A stretch of 64,000 nucleotides of DNA from Octopus sinensis. Taxonomy: Eukaryota. Each line of letters opens with the position of its first letter. The stretch's first letter is position 1. A program made the position numbers and the translations under genes. Of the stretch, positions 54,053 through 64,000 are shown one piece after another. Under the pieces are notes generated by a model. That model did not search any database. It worked only from the letters and a program-made list of their open reading frames with translations, and was not told the DNA's origin. The stretch covers positions 52,948,001 through 53,012,000 of the forward strand of contig NC_043013.1 of the NCBI RefSeq assembly GCF_006345805.1. The letters are read 5' to 3'.

Positions 54053-54781
54053 TGATTGCAAGAGACACAGATCAAACTACTCCGAATATCACATTGATAA
54101 AAGCACTGACATGCTACAAAGTAGGATGTGCTCTGAAAAGGGAGAAAGTATAAGCCATATTGTTAGTGAGTACTGTAAGCTCGCACAACGCGAATACAAA
54201 AAGAGACACGACAATGTGGTCAGATATGTCCACTGGCTATTGTGCAGTAAAGCAAACCTCGAGAGAGCCGAACAATGGTGTGAACACAAGCCAGAGGGAA
54301 TAATGGAAAACGAATATTACAAAATACTCGGATTTTAACATGCAGTGTGACCAAGTCATAGAGACGAGACAACCAGACAGCGTACTCATCCATAAAGATG
54401 AAAAAGAAGATAATAGATGCTGCAATACCAGGCGATTCGAGGGTAAAATGTAAGGAAACAGAAAATATTGAGGAATACCAGCCACTGTGGGATGAGATAG
54501 GAAAGTTATGGGACATGAGGAAAGTAATGGTGATACTGATGGTAATTGGAGCATTGGACGCAGTTTCAAGGGCTTTGAAAAACATATTAAGAATATTGGG
54601 GCTGCTGTCAGGCTGAAAGTGAACCAGAAGAAAGCATAGTTGGGTACAGCTTGCATTCTAAGGAGAGTATTGTCTCTGAGTCACAGGGGAAGGCACTATT
54701 TGAAACCTTTAGTGATTTGTTATTGCCTGCTTTCAAGTAAAGAATTACTGGTAATTAAGATCTATCCGAGAATCTTTCGTA
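54053..54781 (+). mobile_element. R4/Dong-clade RLE 3' fragment (copy I) fused to H
   Basis: RMCSEKGESISHIVSE, QREYKKRHDNVVRYVHW, QCDQVIETRQPD, IDAAIPGDSRV, VIGALD, LGTACILRRVLS; AAT-like tail ~54781. Confidence 0.88.
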
Positions 54782-55149
54782 ATAATAACAATGATGATAG
54801 TAATAATAGTAGACAAGACGAAGAGTGCATTGCGATTGCTCTAGATAGTTTACTGGTTGTACGATATTTTGACAGCAATCCTGTATTTGTCGAGTTCGAA
54901 ATAAAAAGTGATCAAAATTCAAATTATAGAAATTCAAATCTAAATTATGAACAAGAGCAAGCAGCGTCCACACGTTGATGGAATGACATCATCAGTTTTT
55001 TAAGTTTCAATTTCATAACAGGCGAAAAGAAAAAGACAGAAAAAAAGCGAGAAAGAAAAAAGGAAAGGAAAAAAGAAGAATATTCAATTAAATAGTTTTG
55101 CGAAAATTTGATGATATTCTCCTGTCATTTTATCCATTCCTCCAGGGCG

Positions 55150-55720
55150 TGATGTCAATCACCTGCAAAAATATTTCTCCTCATGCATTCTGAGAAGTGA
55201 AAGTGAAGCAGATTCAGAATATTTTCTGAGAATAAGCACTTTCTAGTCATTTTCTCAAAATTGCAGCCGTTTGAAACGAAATGTTCTGCAAGTTCTGTCG
55301 AACTACTGTTATTGCGCCCGACGTCGAATATGTGCCCATTAAACGTTTTGTTTAATTGTTCTGTTGTACAACCAAAATAAATTTGTGTTTCGTGCATTCT
55401 GCTGCGGGAATCTCTACATGTCCCTTCTGTATAAATCATAACTTTTCTGTTATGATTTCTGATGGAATTCACTTGAATAATGTTGTTGCACAATGAACAG
55501 GACTTACCTCTCTTGCTGCTGTTTTTCAAAGTACAGCGTGCAGATACTCCAATGCTAGTGTTTTTGGAGTCAGAAATAGAGGTCAATAGATCTCTTATAT
55601 TCTTATTCCGGATTATCAGTGGGGTTCTAAGTACTTGAAAAACAGCTGAGAACTTGTGGGTAATTAAGGTTACAGGTAGTAGCCCGATACCCACATAAAT
55701 ACCATCAAGAACAAAACCGA
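55150..55720 (-). mobile_element. Penelope-like C-terminal linker and GIY-YIG endonuclease fragment
   Basis: PLIIRNKNIRDLL, CSLCNNI, QIYFGCTTEQLNKTFNGHIFDV, TELAEHF on the minus strand. Confidence 0.8.
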
Positions 55721-56587
55721 AGCTGAGCCAAACCATAGTAAATATAATAACGAAAATGATAATGACAACATTGATAAAGATATATCACCACACCTGACAC
55801 TGATAATGACAATAATGTTGATCTTGATAATGAGGGCGACACTGCTATTATCTTTGTTCCTCATATTATCAGTAGTATGATTTTCATTTTGGTTATTATT
55901 ATTATTATAACTGCATAAAACAAAGCTCTATAAAAATTGCTTATCGCGAAAATTTGGAGGCGTTTTCCAGAGTAAGTATTTCCGACAGCTATTGGAATGC
56001 TTCAAAGAGAAATGATGAAATGGAATTTTTTAAAAAATGTAACTACAAACGGAATTTGAATTAAATTTTGGGTTGAAGCTCCAAAAGCTGAAATATTCCT
56101 CTGTATTTGCTGGTGTAAAGAATTATATATTTATGCATTGCCTCTGTCTTCATATGAATACGTATTTAAGTAGATGCATACGCATATCAGTGTATATGCA
56201 TATGTAAATGTATTTATACATGTGTGAGTGTGTATACGAATCTGTGTGATGCGTGTGAGTGTTCGTGCGTTTAAACAATACACCTACGTACTTGGATCAA
56301 GAAAGATTTTTATAATTTTCATTTATATTAAATTCATGCGCATTGAATTGAATGCAGGCGTGTATATATAGACACACCTACATTTCTTAGTGTATGCGTG
56401 TGTGAGTTTATGTTGATTAAACATGCATAGATATACGGAGACAGTTATACTTACCATATATACTAAGAATATTTTCATATATTTGTGCTCATATGAGTCC
56501 ATGTGTGCTTTCATATACTAACGTATCAAAGCATGCATCTATATGTGTTTATATATACATGTCTAGATATATATGTGTGTGTGGATG

Positions 56588-56639
<52 letters not shown>

Positions 56640-56691
56640 TATTTCTAAGTCTCTCTAAAGGAGACTACGGCAGCGGTACTGCATATTAATA

Positions 56692-57060
56692 GTTATCGCC
56701 AAGCTAACTTGGCAGTCCAGAAGTATAGGACGAATGCTGCCGTTGATTAGCTCCAAGAAGCCATCGCTTGTAGCTAGCTATGTGACAAACGAACCTGTGT
56801 CTATTACAACCTTCGAACAGGAGTGGTCAGCCGCTTCCCCTTGCTGGTCAGGCATCTGTAGACTAGTTTCATGGTATTTGCACCTTATCAATGTAGAGCA
56901 GCCGAACCCAGCAGGCATCGGTACTGGGCGTCTGTTCGAAGGTTATAATGGACACAGATTCGTGTGAAACATAGCTAGCTAGAGGCGATGGCCTCTTGGA
57001 GCTAATCAACGGCAGCATTCGTCCTATATTTCTGGGCTGTCATATTAGCTTACCGATAAC
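56692..57060. mobile_element. MITE with ~130-bp TIRs and TA TSD (Tc1/mariner-type)
   Basis: Arms 56692-56820 and 56932-57060 are inverted (e.g. TATAGGACGAATGCTGCCGTTGATTAGCTCCAAGA perfect); TA at 56690-91 and 57061-62. Confidence 0.88.
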
Positions 57061-57109
57061 TAATAATATATATATATATATATAAATACATACATGCATA
57101 TACATATAC

Positions 57110-57190
<81 letters not shown>

Positions 57191-58279
57191 ATATTATATA
57201 TATATACACAAACATATATTACCCTCAAGACAAGAATTTTGCTGGCGATGACATCGATTCGAAGTTTCGGCCAACTAACCATCGTTGGACGGCTAAGACA
57301 TGTTTAAGTTAATATTGCCTTTATATCTTTATATATATATATATAAAATCTCTGATGAGTGAAAATTATTTTCTATGGGTGTCAGGGTTTCAGTGAGGCA
57401 GTAATTAGATTTTTATGGTTGCTATAGAAACCGTGAAAACCTAATTATCACCCTAAAAACCACACACCCAAAGACGAATTTAACTATATAAATGCAAGAC
57501 TAACTCTAATGCATTGCAGTCCAACGAGGATTTAGCTGGCCAAAACTTCGAAGTCACCGTCAACAATATTCATGCCTAAAAAAATGATAAATTTACATTC
57601 TACAAAAGTTTAAAGTACTCCCCCAAATTAATGTAGAATTCACTTGTAAAAGTTATCTCTACAGATATTTTGTAGAAACTTTTTTCAGCAGTTTTTTGTT
57701 ACGACGTCCATCAAATGTATACAAACAATGAGTTAGAAGATGAAAAAACGTTAATGGGCATCTATGCCATATTTTGTGAGTTTTGCTACTTCACCCAGCT
57801 AATACTTTCATAATTCACGAACACATTACCGAAATAGCCACTAAATTCAGTGGGGTAACGTTACTGGATAAACCAATTTTATACATTAAACGCATTCCTG
57901 GATGCTGGTACACAAATGTTAATGACTTGTTGCTTGTTGGGACACAGTATTTCTTTCTGCCACCATAATATACTATAAAATATATTAAACGTTTTTAATA
58001 AGTCCCTACAATGTTCTACTGTGTCAGCAGTGCTATTACATCGCTTGTTAATGTTATCTTTGTGATGTAAAGCGCATTTCCAATGCAGTAGAACGTAATA
58101 TAAAAACATTTTATATACTTTCTACTATATTACGGTTGTTGCACAAGGAACTACCGTGTATCTACAAGTCATTAATGTAAAATTGTTTGTGTTATTACTG
58201 AACATAAAGGCAAACATTAATAAGTTTATACGTAAATATATATAAGTAACGTTTATCGCCATAGCTGTTCCGTAGGAAG

Positions 58280-58660
58280 CGACGTTATTAGCATTTTTTA
58301 ACCTTAGGAAGACATCTCCTTTAGCTGGTTATCGATGTAATGTGCATCCGAAAGCAAGAAAGTGAACCCGGAATATATTCTAAAGACAACGATGGGACCA
58401 CTAGATCGCCCGGTTTCGAGGTATTTCTGCTCATCCTCAGAGGTGGAGACCCGTCTGCCCGCGATAGCAGTATTTCGTTCCAGCTCGCAATATATAGAAA
58501 AGTAAGCGACAACTAGTCACTGGTCAACCAAAGTAGCCGGTTAGGAAATCCTTATAACAGATGTAAGTAGTGACTGTACTGTTTACAAAATATATAGGGC
58601 GCAGTTTGTATCGATAACCAGCTGGAGGGGGCCTCCTCCTGGGGTTAGATAACGTCGGTT
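58280..58660. mobile_element. Element with degenerate ~60-bp inverted ends and an internal HHR-like motif (58396-58448, minus)
   Basis: AGCTGGTTATCGAT / ATCGATAACCAGCT perfect IR plus CGACGTTAT / ATAACGTCG; internal CTGAGGA-T-GAG..CTC-GAAACCGG. Confidence 0.5.
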
Positions 58661-58745
58661 CCTACGGTACAGCCATGATGAAGTAGTGAAAAACAGTATT
58701 TCTCAGTATAGTTATTATTTTCATCTCTCATAGAGATTTTTTTCA

Positions 58746-58852
58746 ACTGCGTGGCATCTTGGGCAAGTGTCTTCTACTATAGCCACGGGCCGACCAGAGC
58801 CTTGTCAGTGGATTTGTTAGACGGAAACTGAAAGAAGCCCGTCGGTATGTAC

Positions 58853-58855
<3 letters not shown>
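58746..58855 (+). mobile_element. SINE S2 internal fragment
   Basis: CTGCGTGGCATCTTGGGCAAGTGTCTTCTACTATAGCC..GAAAGAAGCCCGTCG. Confidence 0.85.
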
Positions 58856-58935
<80 letters not shown>

Positions 58936-60001
58936 GTGTTTGTGTGTGGCACTGAGAGGAGACTCGATATTTGATGTAACAAACTTATCGTTGCACTTCA
59001 ACCAACTTATTGAGTTCCAAATAAGGTAAATTTTCCGCTAAAATATATTTTGAAATTACGCTTATATTACGCAGATATAAATACATACATAAAACACACA
59101 CACACACACAAATACACAAACACACACACACACACATACATATATGAATGTATTATATATATATATATACATACACACATATATATATATATGGATGGAT
59201 ATATATTTATATACACACACACACACACACACTTACACACACATGTATACATACATACATATATATATATATAATATATATATATAATATATATATATAA
59301 CAGATATATATATATATATTTGGCTGAATGCATGCATGTGTGTGTATTTATTTCTGAACACTCACCGGGCATGTGAAGACAATAGCAACTAAAACAAAGA
59401 AAGCGTAGTTTCACACTAATTCATTATTCATATACGTGACTCAGTTCAACCTTACACGATTTAATTATTGGATTTTTAAATACATTTTATCCATTGCAAT
59501 ATTATTAATATTTTCTTCTTACCAATAAGCTAGGAATGTTGTTTGTTTTGTTCTTTTTTATCTCAACCTCGCTATTGAATGAGCGAGAGGATTTCCATCG
59601 CAAATCTAATTGAATACGAGAATGCTAATATAATTTTATGGAAGCATGAAAGTATAGTAAAACTTTGTAACAGGTGATAAAAATAAGGAAAGAATATTTT
59701 GTGTAGATATTCACACATAGGAACAACTTGTTAACATATTCATATGCAGCAACACATACGTATTTAAGCATGTATGTGCATGTGGCTGTGTGAATTAGAA
59801 TGTATAATTATGTATATGTGTGTATATACATATGCACGTCCCATATAGATATATATTCATCGTCAGATACAGATGTATGTACGTATATATAAATAGATAT
59901 ACATACACGTACATACACATACATGCACATATAGTCATATACATAGCTATACAAACGATTTATATACTTGTATAGATGCATGAATATATGTGTATGTACA
60001 T

Positions 60002-60043
<42 letters not shown>

Positions 60044-60639
60044 GTATGTATGTGTATATATATATATATATATATAATATATATATATATATATACATAG
60101 GTAGATACATAACATTATAAATATTAATCTCTAAACATGTGTACCTTCGTGTGCGTTTGTACGTGAGTGTGTATGTATCTGTCTATATACTTTATGAAGC
60201 GTGTGAGTATGACGTATATGTATATGTATTTATGTGTGTATGTATGTATGTATGTATGTATGTATGTATGTATGTATGTATGTATGTATGTATGTATGTG
60301 TGTGTGTATGAGTGTGTGTGTATTCCTATAAGTGCAAGTAACACGATACTGTTACTAACAAATATACAATATCTATGTGAAAGTCGGCGAAATTCGTAAT
60401 TTATTGATGAAGTTAAGAGTACAATTGGAACGTGTGTTACACGTGAATTAATTTCGTATACAAATATACCATTTATAATCTGGGAGTAAACAGTTTTTCG
60501 GTTGGTAGGGGTTGTTTTAACCCTTTCAATGTTCGTAAAAATAAAAAGCATCTGCTTGTCTTTGAAAATAAAAAAATATAAACACATTTCCTCTCCTATT
60601 CATTTAATTTCCTTGCAGTTGAATTTCCTTCTCGTCGTT

Positions 60640-60665
60640 GTTGCTGTAGTAGTAGTAGTAGTAGC

Positions 60666-60760
<95 letters not shown>
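60640..60760. repeat. (GTA)n microsatellite
   Basis: Direct reading. Confidence 0.95.
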
Positions 60761-61337
60761 ATATTGTATTTTGCTGTTGTTGTTGTATATATAGCTTCTG
60801 CTTTTGCTGTTCTCGATTTTGATTTCCTTTCGCAGATTCCTTTTCTCAAGTGTTAACAATATTGACCGTTTAATCTACTGCAAAGAACTTTGGCAAAATT
60901 CTTCAATATTCCGAAATGAAAATGAGGATTAATCAATGCCCTGTCATGCCGAAGAGTGATTTATCTTTATGAGAGCAAAACAGGAATAAACTTGCAATTC
61001 CTTATTTCCTATTAGGGTTCAAATTTCTCGAAGGGAGCCTTTCTAAATTAACAACTACAACTAGGAGTATTATACGCTAAAATTTATTTTGTCCAACGTG
61101 TCTAAGTAAATCATACCATTCGCTCTTTCTACATCACTTTTAATATGAAACTCGTAGGAAAGTGATCGATAACGTTTATTTCTCATATTTCATTCTATTT
61201 CATTATATATAAGTAATCACGGTAGGAATTCCACTGCGCATTCGTCTTCGAGTCCTGGGCCTCATACGGCCAGTTACCTACTTTCTATGGTGTATAAGCA
61301 TCTTACCCGGCATGCTAAGGTTTCTTTCATTTGGTAA

Positions 61338-62169
61338 GGCGGCGAGCTGGCAGAATCGTTAGCACGCCGGGCGAAATGCCTTGCGGTATTTCGTCTGCCG
61401 TTACGTTCTGAGTTCAAATTCCGCCGAGGTCCACTTTGCCTATCATCCTTTCAGGGTCAATTAAATAAGTACCACTTACGCACTGGGTCGACATAATAGA
61501 CTTAATCCGTTTGTCTATCCTTGTTTGTCCTCTCTGTGTTTAGCCCCTTGTGGGTAGTAAAAAAATAGGTATTTTTTGTCTCCCACTATGTTCTGAGTTC
61601 AAATTCTGCCGAGGTTGACTTTGCCTTTCATCCTTTCGGGGTCGATATATTAAGTACCAGTTACGCACTGGGGTCGATGTAGTCGACTCAATCCCTTTGT
61701 CTGTCCTTGTTTGTCCCCTCTATGTCTGGCCCCTTGTGGGCAATAAAGAAATAAGAATCGTTAGCACACTGAGTGAAATGCTAAGCGGTATTTCGTCCGT
61801 TTTAACGTTTAGAGTTCAAATTCCGCCTAGATCGACTTTGCCTTTCATCCTTTCGGGGTCGATATATTAAGTACCAGTTACGCACTGGGGTCGATGTAGT
61901 CGACTCAATCCCTTTGTCTGTCCTTGTTTGTCCCCTCTATGTCTGGCCCCTTGTGGGCAATAAAGAAATAAGAATCGTTAGCACACTGAGTGAAATGCTA
62001 AGCGGTATTTCGTCCGTTTTAACGTTTAGAGTTCAAATTCCGCCTAGATCGACTTTGCCTTTCATCCTTTCGGGGTCGATAAATTAAGCACCAGTTGCGT
62101 ACTGAGGTTGATCTAATCGACTGATCACCTCCCCCAACATTTCGGGCCTTGTCCTTAGAGTAGAAAATA
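61338..62169 (+). mobile_element. Tandem array of four SINE S3 units
   Basis: Unit 1 has A-box TGGCAGAATCG and B-box GAGTTCAAATT; units start at ~61338, ~61575, 61755 and 61972; exact 217-bp periodicity over ~61617-62079; TTCTTTCATT direct repeat at 61322-31 and 62170-79. Confidence 0.92.
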
Positions 62170-62974
62170 TTCTTTCATTCAATAATGAAATGGTTAAGTT
62201 TCTGCTGTGATATCTCAACATGCTAGAAATAATATCCAAACAGGCTTCAAATTTTATACTATTGCAATTAGAGAACGATAAGGCATTTTGAATAATGCCA
62301 ATTTAATAAACCATTTGAAAAAATGATACATGGTGGTCATATCTGGAACAATTTTTATCTATAGTCAAACTGCGTATAGAGAGACACACCCATTAAACGA
62401 TGCTAGTGCGAGCTATTAGGCTTCCCCACATGCAACGTGGAACGTATGGATTTTGAACTTGCTAAATAGTTGAGCAGCTGTAAAGAAGTTTAAAAATCTC
62501 TACCGTAGACTTTCACACCCTACAATGCTGTTACATGGAAAACTCATTAAAATGCCAAGCACTCTTTATACTTGTTAGCAAGTGAAAGCACGTGTCTTTC
62601 CAATGGTTCATCGGCTGCAGATTTAATAAACTTAAAATGATCTGACTTTGGCTGAAGGGCGGCTGTACCGAGTGCCTTAAGATTATCTATTAGTAATATC
62701 TCTATTATTTATCTTTTGTGAGTGTTTCATTAATAACAAAGTATTATTGATTGGTGATAAAATAGTAAAGTATTCTCTTGAAAATATGTTCTTTTGAAAA
62801 CTAAAGTTTTACAAATACGAACTGAACAAAATGGGGACGAATATATCGAAAATAAATATATTGATGTACTAATCATCCATACTAATCATACACGTACATA
62901 CAGAACAAAAAATCTCTTTCACTCACTCTTTTTTTCTTTCCCTTATATATATGGGCGTGGTGTGCATATATGTG

Positions 62975-63245
<271 letters not shown>

Positions 63246-63734
63246 ACATTCACAAATACACAGAAATAGATGTTATAAAGTGAGTGGCAATACCTAAACG
63301 TGTACGAAATGAATCAATGAAAGAAGATAACAAGTTGAAGAGGAATCATTGGCAGCGATGGTGCTTTGTTGATGCATGATTCCATTTGAGGAATCAGAAG
63401 AAAATAGCTACATGATCAAAGAAGGAGAGGCACCATCCTACATTTACACATAAAGAAATTATTGTGAATTGCACTTAATGTCGGTTCATGTTTATAGGTT
63501 ATTGAATAAGTTATTGTTTTTGTTGTTGTAAATGATTTAATTAAGGAGATCGATGACAAATCATATTGCTGGGAGACATTTTTGAATTATTCGATGTGCA
63601 TTGTGTATATCTATGTGTGTGTCTGTCTCTGTGTGTGTGCTTTTGTATGTGCTTCTGTTTGCTTTCACATGCGGATTTCTGTATGTGTACCTACTTATAA
63701 TTGGGTTTATATCTACGATATTTAAGAGGATAAT

Positions 63735-63835
63735 TAGATCGAACCCAGCACTTGACTGATAATTTATTTTATCGACCTTAATAAGCAGTATGGCGAATTT
63801 GTCATCGACAGAATTTGAGCCGAAAGCGTATCATA
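63735..63835 (-). mobile_element. Highly degenerate SINE S3 fragment
   Basis: GATCGAACCCAG..TTTATTTTATCGACC..GAATTTGAGC resembles the S3 reverse complement. Confidence 0.35.
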
Positions 63836-64000
63836 CGTTAACGTGTGCAAGGCTATAAAGATAGAGAGAGGGGGGTAGAAGTGAATGTGTGTGTGTGTGT
63901 GTGTGCACGAGTATGTTCTCTTGTTTTTACTGTAAATTTTCGATGAAACTAAGATTGCATCCAAGGATACCTCTCTGCTGCAATATTCAAACACTGATCG

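Noticed and set aside
57345-57450. CTGATGA ... GAAA with TTTCTAT/ATAGAAA complementarity
   Set aside because: Could be a decayed long-stem-II HHR, but stems I and III cannot be formed in register here.
61573-62080. Regular repeats resembling a CRISPR-like array
   Set aside because: Units are ~217-bp SINE copies with no unique spacers, there are no cas genes, and the context is eukaryotic.

Overview
AT-rich eukaryotic non-genic DNA dominated by microsatellites and transposon debris. The SINE families and repeat landscape fit a cephalopod (probably Octopus) genome; this is inference from recall, not a search. I found no supportable host protein-coding exon; most ORFs in the track are translated (TA)n/(CA)n/(GATA)n/(AAT)n repeats. 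Supported content: (1) four Penelope-like (PLE) fragments, two RT and two GIY-YIG; (2) about ten hammerhead-ribozyme (HHR)-like motifs, one with a fully canonical core at 29405-29491 downstream of a Penelope ORF; (3) an ~8.4 kb pile-up of R4/Dong-clade RLE non-LTR retrotransposons in (TAA)n tracts (34.7-43.1 kb) and a second cluster at 53.5-54.8 kb, including an apparent 5'-inverted copy; (4) three mariner elements, two with both TIRs and TA TSDs; (5) four tRNA-derived SINE families, two copies with perfect TSDs and one four-unit array; (6) MITE-like hairpins and nested fold-back palindromes around (TA)n. Coordinates are hand-read; TE fragment ends are approximate.
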